Shown here: in pieces, positions 1 to 16,889 of the stretch
Layout of the letters: each line of letters opens with the position of its first letter
Position numbering within the stretch: the first letter of the stretch is position 1
NCBI RefSeq assembly: GCF_009914755.1
Contig: NC_060945.1
Strand: one strand, 5' to 3'
DNA length: 64,000 nt
Origin: the human T2T-CHM13v2.0 reference genome, Homo sapiens
Translations under genes and position numbers: made by a program
Notes under the pieces: model-generated
Told to the model about the DNA's origin: nothing
What the model saw: the letters and a program-made list of their open reading frames with translations, nothing else
Database searches by the model: none

Positions 1-158
1 CCACCACCATGCTTGGCTAATTTTTTGTATTTTTGGTAGAGACGGGGTTTCCCCGTGTTAGTGTTAGCCAGGATGGTCCTGAACTCCTGACCTTGTGATC
101 CACCTGCCTCGGCCTCCCAAAGTGCTGGGATTACAGGCGTGAGCCACCGCGCCCGCCC
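1..158 (-). mobile_element. Alu, partial at window edge
   Basis: Alu left arm, reverse. Confidence 0.9.
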
Positions 159-1523
159 ATGAAGCTCTACTTTTAAGGCTTGACTTTTATAAGGCTCTAT
201 TTTAATTAATTTAAATTTAAATAGCAAGATGTGGCTAGTGGCTACCACATTAGATAGTGCAGGCATAGGGTTTATCATCGCTCCAAATACTTTTAGCATT
301 CTAGGTAACAGATGTGGCCTGGTTTCCAAACTTTTTTCAGAGAAACAAATTTTATTCAAACAAACATGCAGAAGCCCAATGATTATGATACAGATAAAAG
401 CTGCTATGGCTAAAGTGGGGATTGGGACTGAACTTTGCTGGGTTGGCCTTCTCACCCTGATTACCCCTCAGGGATCTCTCCTGGAACCTTAGACCTCCAC
501 AGAACATATAAAGAAGCTACTAACAATATACCACTAAGGAAAATACATTGTTAAGTGGAAAAACTCTATCAATTTGAAAATGAGTTTTCTATATTATTGA
601 AGCTTGACTCTTTAGGTTTTAAGTGGAATTCTTCTACTTAAGTGCTCCGTACTCTCTCTCTCTTCCTGTCTTAAATAAGGTATAAAAGATGTAATAGCAT
701 TATCTTGAAGACTCACAGCAATAGCCCCAACTCCCTGCCAGCCCCTCAGATTACAGGCTGCAACAGAGATAAAAAGGGTGGTCAGCAGTTCTGGAAAACC
801 AGCTATGACCCCAACCCCTCTTATCCATCCAGGAAATCACACAGGAATATAAATGAGTGATGATATTACAACAGGGATAATGTTAAATCTGATGACCATT
901 ACTTATTTTAAAAATACACTGACTTAAACTTCCATACTTTACTATTACCCACATTGATCTGAGGCAAAGTTCAAACTGGTTGTGACCCAGTATGTCCAAC
1001 CACCACAGCTGAGACCTACGCCACAGCAAAGTTATAAGAAACTTACTTGTCCTCATTTAAATAGACCTTAAATCCTATGCATTTTGTGCAGGCAGAGTTT
1101 CTCTCTCTGCTGTCAGTTTTCATTTTTCTTTGCTGTCAGTGTGTCACTGTTTTAGCATTTAAATTTATACATGACTTTTGACTGGCAGCAGCTTAGAATT
1201 TCCAATGGAGTAAAGCTATCTGGGCTTTGTCACAGGTATCTGCCACTCTTTGGCTACAAAAATTACATGGTTGTATCCTGGAAAATATTGCTACTAAGTG
1301 CAAGGGTATGCACAATGAATTCCAAAAGTTCCCGTTTTTCTATATAAACTGAAGCTCAAGAATGCCAATCCTTAGCAAAATTGTAAAATGAGCAAAATTC
1401 ACCTTTGGTGCTCTAGCTGTCCCTTTGTTCAACCTGTCTCCTGCTGGACAAATCTCAGGCTTTCTTTTATCTGACTTTGCCCCCATCTCTACTCTTAAGT
1501 GAATTAAAAAAAAAAAAAAAGGA

Positions 1524-1828
<305 letters not shown>

Positions 1829-3163
1829 TTAATCATGCCTATTGATTAAACCTAGGCAATATATCTGCATCTGCTTGGACTTCTAATTGTTGTATGAAAG
1901 CTTTTATCTCTCAATCTAAGAAACTTTGGGTAAAAATGAGGAGGGAAAAAAATGTAAGGACAGCTGCAACACATTTACCTTTTCAAGGGACTTCAACATC
2001 TTCTACTAGAAAAAATGTAGTGTTGGCATGGTTTTAACTCTTGGAAGCCTATTTCTCAATGCTTCACAAAAGTACATCCCATCACTGCTAGCTTCTTTGG
2101 GCAGGCAGGAACTCATGTCCATTCATCTGCCCTGTTAGTCCCTGCATCCCCTCTCTCCTTTCCTCTCCCTCATGGTCTCCTCCTCTGCTAAACCCAAGTC
2201 TCTAACACATAATGCTATAAACCCTGTTTTTATTCTGTCCACTCTTCTCCCTGATGCCACCACTCTGGGTCAAAACACTTCCATGTGAGCTACAACGTGA
2301 CCAAGCTGTTGCTCTAAAGTTAAGTTTCTTATCCTAAGTTTGTTGTTGACTTTGAGTCTTCTGACAGCTAGGGCAAATGGGTGACACCCGAATGTGCTAC
2401 TCAAGGACTATATAAGTGACAGTGAAAGTGTGAGAGAGAAAAAGTACACAAGAGGAAACCATCTTGAATCTGAACTGTTAAGGGAGGCCAAGAGCAAAGA
2501 GTCCTGAACTTTGGCCTTATAACATATGTCAATATAATAATACATAATTTGCACATGATATCAAGAGAAAAAGTCAACATCAATGCTGGCTGTAAACAAC
2601 AGAACCACTATACTAGAAATCTGGTCTGCTGCAATAGAACAATGCTAATTATAGTCCCATGTGTTCTGCTCACCATTTGTGCCTACTTAGAATACAGCAC
2701 AGTTATGCATAATCATGAAATACATCACACTTACCTACATAAGTCCTAACTTATTATAGTACTAGATTTTGTCCCAGTATACTACTTCTTCACAATCTGT
2801 TGCTCTTGAATCAAGACCACCTACTTATAACCTTAAAATTTAGAATAATAAGGGAATGTTGGCTTAGAAAGGGAATGCCGCCAGAGACAAGATCTCAAAA
2901 CCAAGAATAGGAAACGTGAGTAACACAGTTTTGTTACAATTAAATTCATTTCTAAATATACACAACTATTTTAAATGTATTTTGGAAATGAAAGTTCAGT
3001 GTAGACTGGGGGGAGCACAGGGGTTTTATGTCACATGCCAACTTCAATAAACCGACATTGGCTGCCTGCCATGCTCTGCTGAGGACTCCAGAGAAGGAAA
3101 GATGGATACACTCAATTAGCAATGTCTATCCCTTGTTATCTCTAGACATAACAACTGCTGAAC

Positions 3164-3788
3164 TTTTTTTCTTTGTAAAGCAAGCAAAAGTTTTATTGAG
3201 GAAGTACAAGTACACTCCAAGAAAGGAGTGGGCTGACCCTGCTGGAAACACCCCCAAGACATTCTGCATTGTGATCTTCTATTGTCTCAGTTCTTTCTTT
3301 ACCCAGTTCTCACCAAGGTTTGGGGGATCCTCCCTTACTGTGCTTAATGCACATGCACGGGAACCAGTGATCAATATGAATCCTATCTAATGGTGGCACT
3401 GCTTATTACCACCACCCCAGGAAGGTATAGCCATCAATTTTGTACTCATTATGCCTGCTCAGCTCTCAGGAATTCCCCTTTGCCTTTTTCCTTCCTTATC
3501 AGGATCTACTTAACAACATTCTGACAGTTCGACCACGGAGTGAGTACTGAGCATCCTAAGAGGAGTTCCGGGGCATTCTTTCCAACACGGATACCACCCC
3601 CTCGTGCCTGCTCATATCTGACTGTCTACTCTTACATTGCTCCCTCAAGGCGTTGGGACCCAGAAATCTTTTGGGAGATGAGGTAGAGGTCATTCTCTGT
3701 AGCTACTTGCTGCTGAAAAGGGGCATCGAGGGTCTTCAGGGTTCTTCCTCCTTTCTTGCTGTCACGGTGAGGAGGTTTTTGATGACTG
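3164..3788 (-). mobile_element. Retrotransposed (processed) ERV1 fragment: internal 3' end, PPT, U3-R of a MER4-group LTR, then A-tail
   Basis: 14-bp direct repeats AACAACTGCTGAAC at 3150-3163 and 3789-3802; LTR start TGTAAGAGTAG at 3636; AATAAA at 3192-3197; A-rich tail at 3164-3174. Confidence 0.8.
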
Positions 3789-3843
3789 AACAACTGCTGA
3801 ACATATTATGTCCCAAATCACCAAAAGGGAAAAAATGAACTCA

Positions 3844-4161
<318 letters not shown>

Positions 4162-4379
4162 CTATTCCATTTCTTCTTGCACCTCTATTTTTTAAATCTG
4201 ACATTGTGATTATTTTAAACTTATCATGGATGTGTTGAAATTCACTAGACATTTTAGTTGAAAAAAATCCTTGTTTAAATATATTAAGTATAATAAAGCA
4301 TTTAAACATTAACAGGATAATCTCACACGAAATTGTTCCTGAACTTATTCTGAGGCTAAAAAAACTTTATCGAATAATT

Positions 4380-4670
<291 letters not shown>

Positions 4671-5950
4671 ACCACACGAACAAACAAACAAGAAAAAAAC
4701 TTTATCAAATAAAAAAGTATGTGTTACCTTCTCTACTTTTGCTTAATGATTGTCAGAAAATTCAGGTAAGATAATGAATTCACACTCATTTTAACAAGTT
4801 CTTTGTAAATAGTAAAGTTGAAAAAATGGTATACTATTATCAGCTGATGATGTTGATGACAAATGGACAAAAGTCTCTGGTAACAACTTATAAAGCAATT
4901 TGGTTTACAAAAACTTTCACAGAGATTTTTTTCATGTAATTATGACAAAAAGCCTATGAAATTAGTATAAAGTTGAAATTGAGCAATGGTATACTGTGAG
5001 CATGGGCTCTGACACAGGTAGAAGCGGCCCTGAATCTTGGCTCCATTACTTATTACCTGGACCAATTTCAGTATGTAGCATAACGAACCTGAGATATCAT
5101 CTCTTATAAAAAGAGATTAAAGCAAATACCTCATTATACTGTGAGGCTTACCCAGGAGTAATCAGTAAAGCACCTAAGCGCAGTGCTTTATATGTGATAG
5201 ATTCATAACAAATGACAAATCTCCATTTTATAGACCAGTGCTACTCAAAGTATGGTCCATGAACTGTTACCAGCTCACAATGAGAAAGGACACTTACACC
5301 AGAATGGAAATCAACTATATTACTAAGTTCACCCTTTAGTTGAGCTGACTTTTTTTTCTAGTAAGACTTTATCAATGAAGGAAGCCACATGTTGATTTGT
5401 ATCATAGTGCAAGCTCCTTATCTTATCACGGATCAATAACAAAATGATTTATGGACCAGTACCAATGTTGAAGAACACTTTGAGCTGCAAAATTACAGAT
5501 AAACTAGTAACTGCAAAGGTTACTCTGCAGCTCACGGTGACATTACGTGGCGAAAAAAAAAAAAAGGCTCAAGCAGACACTTTCTGAATTCAAAACAGAT
5601 GTCTTTTCCAATACAAACCAAGAAAAATCAGTGTAGTTCTCATGCAGACACTTTTTCCTAAATGCACTGAATCAACAAAAAGGAGAATGTTCTGATTTTC
5701 TCTTTTGACAACTGATACTTATCTCTTCAAGTGGTCAAACCAGAGACTGTCTCCGAACTTCCACTCACATGAGTTTGAGCATGTAGCACGCCTTTTTGGG
5801 CAACAAACATTATCACAATATTAGCTACATTAATGTTTAAAAGATGTTAGCACATGTGTAGCTTAAATATGGAGTCTACAATAATTCATAGCTAGTCCCT
5901 CTCAAATCCTTAGAATTACAAAATAGAAATGAAAAAATGGATGAATTCTA

Positions 5951-6103
<153 letters not shown>

Positions 6104-7731
6104 CTATTTAGCTAAGTATAAATCCAGAGTTTCAATCAAAAGTTTCTAAATCTGATATTCTTAAAATAAATGTACTGCATATTTTCTTAAACTAGTAACA
6201 TTAGTATTCTTCCCAAAGAGTTAATAAATTATTCCAAGACCATCTATTAATTAATCCATCCTGTCCACTGATCTGAACTCTGTCTTCTTACCCTTTTATT
6301 CTTGACAGAATAGTGCTCGACACTTAGAAACTGACAAAACATTTAAATGATAAAAGCTAATGGCAACACTTGACTACACAAATGTAGGGCAAGAATAGGG
6401 AAATCTGATTCTGAAAGGACAAAAGTCTGGTCTTTGCCTTGATTTATTTCTTCTGCTATAAAGTTAACGTTACCTTGTTAATGAATATAAACCACAGAAT
6501 AATTTTCCTAAGACAGGCTATTATGATTATTCTATTGAGAAGAAAAAACAACAAAAAAAAATCAAATCCTGAAACGTTAAAGAAAAAACCTTCCTAGCAC
6601 TTAGCAATTACACATTAAAAATTTCACAAAGAACCAAAGAAATATTAACAACCAGTATTTCAAAGGACAAATACAAATAATACATCCCACAGTCTACAGT
6701 TGATCCTTGAGAAAGATACCTTCCTTTCCTTCCAGGTTTCTTTCCTTCTTTGCTTTTTTCCCTTTTCCATTATCTACACCACACTCAACTCACCTCCTGG
6801 CTGACTGGTTCATACCTTATTTACTTCTTATCTCTTACACTTATCCCCTTTCCTTTATCTACAAAATAGGATGTTTGGCAACACTGACGTGTTCCACGTT
6901 AGAAAATCACGTAAGTAGATACTTATGACTGTCTCATTTCCTGTCCATCTTTATTGCCAACAAAAGGGCTCTTCTCAGCCTACTGCTTTGCCTAATACTC
7001 CTTTGTACTTTGCATTAGAGATCTTCTACTTTGCCTGAAGCTCTTCTCCAGAGTCCTATAGAACATCTCACTTTCCCTGCCTGCTTCACCTCTTTTCAGA
7101 CCACGTAGGCTTAAGCCTTCTTCCTAGTGATCTGGCTTCTGCCTTCTGATGAGTTTTGCTCTGCTAGTTGCAGCACAGGCTAAGACTAACTGACTCAGTC
7201 ACTCAATTAGCTGATATTTTCACGATTCTCTAACATGTTCATTATTAAGTGTGGGCCATTATCAAACCACCCAGTATGAAATTAGGGAGTGGAGATTCGC
7301 CAACCCGTTAAAGTGATGGGGATTTATATTTCATTCTGTATTCCTTGAGTTCCTATTATTATTACATCTTATGTTTATCCAACAGTTGATCCTAACATTC
7401 CATGACAAGCAACCCAAATGTAAAACATTACAATATAAACTTTAATTACATTTTATAAAGCAAAATAGAATTGCCTTCTAAATACTGCCTCGTTAAGAGT
7501 ACCATATGTACTGTAAACATTAGAGAGACTTGTTATACCTCTCAGGACAGAAGGCATGACTTCCAGGATAAATATTATTCTAGAGGTTTACAAGTTATAT
7601 GCCATATACATTTAAAATACAATCACTAATATAGTAATATAGAAAGTACTAGATATATCCATTTCAGCAGCAATCATCATTTGGGTTCAAATGCCAGGAG
7701 GCAGTAGGAGTTAAGAAGAAAATATAGTTTT

Positions 7732-8012
7732 ATTTTTATTTTTATTTTTTTTTTTTGAGACAGAGGCTGGAGTTCAGTGGCACAATCACAGCTCAATGCA
7801 GCCTTGACCTCCAGGGCTCAAGTAATCCTCCCACCTCAGCCTCCCAAGGAGCTGGGACTACAGGCATGTGCCACTATGTCCAGCTAATTTTTTTTATTTT
7901 TTATTTTTGTAGAGATACAGTTTCTCTACGTTGCCCAGGCTGGTTGGAAACTCTCGGGCTCAAGCAATCCTCCTGTCTGAGCCTCTCGAAGTGCTAGGAT
8001 TACAGGCATGGG
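7732..8012 (-). mobile_element. AluJ-type
   Basis: Diverged dimeric Alu. Confidence 0.85.
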
Positions 8013-8873
8013 CAAAAAACATATTCTTAACATTAAGTCACCACCTTCCTTTAGAAAACAGAGAAGTCATTCTATAACTTAAATTACCATGTAACAAAAT
8101 GTTCTCTCTTCTAATAATGCATAATAACTATCTTCTCATTAATTACACTCCAAATACATAAACGTATGTCTCTCAGGACTGATGAAGGCCCATCTATTAG
8201 ACTATCATCTAATTCAAACATGCAAACAAATGCCTTGCAGTTTAGTTATTTACATGTTTGTATTCTATTCGGACACTCAGGAAACAGGATACACACACAC
8301 CCACACACACACCTTAAAGTGCATACTCTTAGAGCCAAAGGTACTTTTAACTCCAGACACTCCAAATTTCTTAAGAGAAAACAGTATCTTCTTCATAAAT
8401 ACATTTGTATCTGAAGGACAGTAGATGTTTCCCTACTTTACGATATATGCTTCAAAGGTTTTGAGTAGACTGGAGGGAGGCCCAGTAATGGCCACTAGGA
8501 GAAGGATGGCCTGTGCAAGCAGCTGAAGCTAGAGGCAGGGGAAAAGGGCGTCCACTTGTGGGAGGGGCCGCCTGGCATGAGTTCCTGAAGTCTGACTAGG
8601 GTGAGGAGAGGACTGTCCACCCATGGGTGTTAGGGGCACCCCGGCATGGTAAGTTAGAGCTTGAGAGGGATGGGAAAGGCAGGGTTTTGAAGTGCCAGTG
8701 GGGTAAGGAGGGCACCTATGCAGTGGAGGAGGCTACACTGGCAATAGGAGAGTGGTTATCTATGGGGTATGATCAAGGATAATGAGAGCCAGGTTTCTCA
8801 CTGTCAGAGAAGGTACTCACAAATGCAAACAGAGAAACTAGAATGGACAGTGTTGATTAGAATTGGAGTTACC

Positions 8874-9178
<305 letters not shown>

Positions 9179-9685
9179 TTACCAGTGTTTTCTAGATAGA
9201 CTAAAGACAGACAAAAAGATAGAAACATAGATATAAGTATATATGTCATATACATATATAGTTACATATACTCCTTAGCACTAGCCACTGAGCAGACCCA
9301 GGATCTACAATACTCTGACAGCAATGCGCATACCTAGCATACTTTGGCTTCTACATACCATTCTCCACTAAAAGGAACTACTAGCATTCCTTGGAGAAAT
9401 GGTTGATTCCAGGGCAAAGGCAGGGACAAAATGAGCCTAAAACATAGTATTGTGCCAAAAAGTAAGCAAGTGTTCAAAGGATAATTGAGATATGTCACAA
9501 ACATGCAGAAGGCAGCTTGAAGGGGCTTCTACTGGTGAAATCCAGGACAATTTGAGCATCAAAATAAATAATAAGAGTAATGGGTTATAAGCCTATGAAT
9601 TGAAAGTCTCATGAGGAATGGGCAAAACAATTATAAAGGGAAAAAAAGTCTTCCCGACATGCCTAGCAAACCATCACCTTTATCA

Positions 9686-10009
<324 letters not shown>

Positions 10010-11280
10010 CAAAGTGAACACCAACAGTAAGAGGACAAGTCAAAACTGCGAGCCACTTGTCAAGACACTATGAAAAAAGCACCATTGCTGCAATACTCCT
10101 GCCAGAGGTGAATAACCTGAATCTACGCATGAGCCATCAGACAGACCCAAAGTGAGGGAGAATCTACAAAGTAACTGGTTTTCACTTTCAACATTTTTAA
10201 GGCCACAAATGTCACAGATCGAGAAATTTTTCCATTTAAGGAGACTAAAGAGACATGACAACAAAATAAAATGTACACATCTGAACTGGATCCTTTTGCT
10301 ATAAAAGACATTGTTGGGGCAATTGGTAAAAATTGAAGAGAGGATAAGGATTAGATAGCCATAATACATCACTGTTAATTTTATGATAGTTTTACAAGAG
10401 AATGTCTTTCTAGGAAATACATAGCAAAGTATTTGGGGGTGATGGGTCATCATGTCAGCAACCTATTCTTAAAAAGTCCAGAGAATCCACTCAGTTCTGG
10501 GGCAAAAAAAAAAAAAAAGAAGTCCAGAGGAAAAAAAGTTATTTGTACTATACTTCAACCTTTCTTTATGTTTTAAATTGCTGCAAAATTAAAATTTTTT
10601 CAATGTAACCAGCAAAAATAATTTTTAAAAATACATATACTTATTCCCAGATAAAGAAGCTTTTATCTCTGACGTTAATAAGGTAAACTCTTCTAAATAC
10701 CTTGTTATTCCCTCCCTGTACATTTTTTTAATGGGGAAAAAAGATTTCCTTATTTTATGAGACTCCATAAACTTCACAAAAATACATGATGGAAGGGGGA
10801 TGAACCTAATTAAATTTCTGCCCCACTTCTCTGATAATTTAATTCCAGAAAATTATTTTAGAATCTTCTACTATAAAGAGATTATTTAAAATAAGAAAGG
10901 CTATATACAACATTACATAAAATAATATGTATAATCTTTAGATAAAATACAGCACTTGGAAATATTTTACAATCATCACCATCATTCTTTTTCCCTTAAT
11001 AATCTCCCTTGCATCCCATGCTTCAGCCAAAATGAATAATTTTGTTGCCCACATGTTCCACATTCTCTTCCCTTTCTCCCTTTTTTCATACTGTTGTTTC
11101 ATCTGGACCAACCTTTAATCATCTTTGTGTTTCCAAATATTACCTATCCTTCAGTTCCAAATTAAAACACCACTTCCCTTCCCAAAGATTTTCCCTGATC
11201 ACTCTAGCTGGAGGTAAATCTTTCTCCTATTTTATACTATAGTTACATGTAAACTAGTAACAACAGAAACTAAGTCTTAT

Positions 11281-11640
<360 letters not shown>

Positions 11641-11776
11641 TCATTTCCTTATATCTCAACACAATACCTAACCTAACACAGAGACTCTGAATGGAACACT
11701 GCAATTGCTGATTAAATGTTCATCTAATAGACAAAAACAAATGGAAAGGTTGTGCATTAAAGAACATGTTTTGCTA

Positions 11777-12046
<270 letters not shown>

Positions 12047-12845
12047 TTATCATTGAAAGTATTTGAATGCCCTCATTACTGAGATTCACATTCAACAACT
12101 CCTCAGTTACGTCTGGAAACTTTCAAATGTGTATGTCTGTGGCAGGGAGTAGTAAGGTGGGGGTGGGAAATATAGGCATTGTTAAATGGTTGCTAACTAG
12201 GGTTTAAAATACTGAAGTTTATGAAGTGGCAGGGTGTGTGGGGAGCTCAGAGGAAACAAACTGAAAGAATGAGCGGAAATGAAAGTTCGGAAGATACCGT
12301 GTTAGGGAGGAAGTTCAGGTCACTTTCCTGCTAGTGCAGTCTTTCAAGGCATCCACTGCACTTTCAACGAATGGAATAAACTCCCTTTTGTGAAGAGGTA
12401 TTTTTTTTCCCCTCCTATTCATGGTGGTTATTAAACAAACGAGATGCTAGGCAAAACAAACCTTTCTTTGTAAGTTACTGATTTCTAACCATAAGTAGGT
12501 AGGAATGTCCCAGAAGAGAATTGCTTTCGGAGTGATTCTGAGCCCATCAAGATCGACAGCAGTTCAGGTGAGGTAAGGCGGCCTGCACCGCATTAGTTCA
12601 CATGCTGAACACATAAGCTAAAGCAAATTCCAACTTCTAAAGTTTCTGCTATAACACCTCAGGAATAAATAGTACCTAACTCCCTCTATAGCTTATTTTA
12701 AAGGAAAAGACTATTTTTCCCATGTCATACTCAACACCATCTTTCATTCATACCTTTTCTTAGGTACCTTTTTTTTTTTTCATTTGATACCAGCTCTTTA
12801 TTAGAAAAGAAAAACTTCTTTGTGGGCCCAAAAAGAATCATTTTG

Positions 12846-12976
12846 CTGGGTGTGGTGGCTCACGCCTGTAATCCTAACACTTTAAGAGGCCAAGCAAGTG
12901 GATTGCTTGAACCCAAGAGTTCAACACCATCCTAGGCAAGATAGCAAGACCCCACCTCTAAAAAATAAAAAATAAA
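12846..12976 (+). mobile_element. FLAM / Alu monomer
   Basis: Left arm only plus A tail. Confidence 0.8.
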
Positions 12977-13210
12977 GGTGGAACAATATGTAACAGGTGA
13001 GGGATAACCAAAACTTGCCATATAAAGACAATAAGAAGATTTTAACAATTAACAAGATTCATTTTTCAATGGCTTGTTAATCACAGAACAATTAAAAAGC
13101 TAAATAAAAACCAATCTTACTTATGTATTAGAAATATATTTCAATTCACCCATGGATCCAACACGCTTTTAGACAGTAAAATTTTTACTGACTTAAGAAA
13201 AAACACTGCC

Positions 13211-14243
<1,033 letters not shown>

Positions 14244-14533
14244 AGGAGGGAGAGATAGTAGGTAGAAATATAGAAAAACAAAAGTGTCCATGAGTTGATA
14301 TTATGGAGGCTAGGTGACATATGTAACAGTTACACTATTTCTCCAAATAAAATGTTAAAAAAATTATTACATTCTTTGAACTATTGGATAAATTCAGAAA
14401 GGAGAGAGATAACTCTGGCCAATTATCTTGAGACAGCCAGAAGCTACTGGAATTCTAAGGGATCAGAGAAGAACTTTTCTCTAATTACCCTAGACCAGGA
14501 GTGCATTAGCCAAAAGTTTAACAGACATTTGAA

Positions 14534-14692
14534 CTTTTTTTTTTTTCCCAGACAGGATCTCTCACTCTCACCCAAGCCTGAGTGCAGTGGCATGATCATA
14601 GCTCACTGTAACCTGAAACCCCTGGGCTCAAGCGATTCTCCCGCCTCAACCTCCCAAAGTGCTGGGATTATAAGTGTGAGCCATTGCACCTG
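14534..14692 (-). mobile_element. Alu monomer or internally deleted Alu
   Basis: Right-arm end fused to left-arm start. Confidence 0.8.
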
Positions 14693-15306
14693 ATTGATTT
14701 GGACTTTTATAAACTTCAAAGGGACTTGTAAGTCCTACAATCTTTAGAATGGCCCCATAGCCCACACTTCCCAAGGCTCTCAAACACTCATCAAATAGTA
14801 AATATATAATAAATTAAGAAAGGAAAAGATTTAGTAATTCCAGAATGGAGGCCTTAGGAAGGGTAAATATTGTTATACCCTGCCATCAATGTTTTCCTTA
14901 TATTCTTCCTAAATAATTTAGTTTTAATATTCTAACTGTTGAAATGGAAACTATACTTGGAAAATAATAAGTTTGTTTTTGCTCATTATCACAGAAGTTA
15001 GGAAATATTTAAAACTATATAAAGCCATGAGGTAGTAATATCCTACAACTTAATTCAGATAACTCAACTCCTTCCTTATTTTAGTTTTGTGCATGTTTTC
15101 AAACTTCTTTTAACTGAACAAATTCATGCATGACTGAAGGGAGCCCCAACCTACAACTTTTCCTCGTTAAGCTACTGGAAGGTGACAAAAATAGAAACGG
15201 TAGAGGTGGTCTATTTATAGACTACAGAAAACACTCAGAGTATAAATATATCAATTGTTCTCTATCAAAATTTAACATATCAATTGTGCTCTATCATATT
15301 ATTTGA

Positions 15307-15634
<328 letters not shown>

Positions 15635-16889
15635 AATGACTTATAATACTATGTCATGTGACATAACTGGCATTATTCAGCATTGTTGTATTACAACCTC
15701 GTTTCTCAAATTAGAATTTAAGGCAAATAATGAAGTATTAGGATCAAATATAAAAATTCAGATGAAGACATAATCATATACCTATTTCTTGATTTTCATG
15801 AGTTGTGGCTCTAAAAGAGAGGCTTGTTAAACATAACATAGTTGTCGCATGATAATCACACCTGCATTGCTAACTCCACATCTGAACAGAAAAGAAACAA
15901 AATTAACTTCTTATCCAAGAGCAATAGGTAACTTAAATGTCACTTTCATTTTACTTTAAAAGTATTTTCAGGATTAAATTTAAATGTAAATTTCTCCAAC
16001 TTCTGATGGATTATAATAATTTAAGCTAAATAATAAAGCCATCCAAATGAAGGGCCTACTATCCAATGTCAACATTCTGCTGTGGGTCAAACCTTGCAGT
16101 CTGAGAATACACTGTTCTTCCCCAGCTGATACAGAAGACTAAGCTAAAGAAGGTCAATAACAATGTAAAAATAAGACTGCATGTTAGAATGATCTCTCTA
16201 GAACCACAATTTGCCTGTGGTTGCATGCACTGCAGTTTGTGGTGAGCTTATTTGCATGCAGACAGCACTTTGGTATAGAACCAGAGAACCTCCTGTATGA
16301 GGATCCTAGAGATCATGTAATCCAAGCTTCTCATTTTCAGAAGAAAAAGAGTAGAGATTAGATCATTCATCCAAGATCACATAACTAGCTGGCAGTAAAG
16401 CTTCTTTCCATTTCATCATATATAAAGAGAAAAATTATTTTAAAAGGAAAAGGTTTCTCTTACAAAAGTAATTAAAATTCCAGCTGAAAGATATTAAACT
16501 ATCTAAATTAATGTCCTATTTAAACTTCACATTCCAATCTTGGTGACATTTAAGGAAAAAAAAAAAACTTTCATTCACGCAAGAAGTATTTATTGAATGC
16601 CTACCATGCACCAGGCCCCTGGCAAGGTTCTAGGAATAAAAACAGTCAGTACCGTGACACCTTCTTAGGAATCAGATTAGGAAGACAGGAATTATATAAC
16701 CATACAAATGCAAAATTATAAATTATAGTAAGTACTATAATGGAGTTCTAACAGATTACAATGGGAGAACCTAATTTTAAATTGTTTGTTGGAGGAGGAC
16801 AATGATTAGAATAAACCTCACTGAGGAAGTGACCTTTATAGTGAGACAGGAAGGCTAGCCAAATAAACGGTGGAGATAAAAATGTTTCA

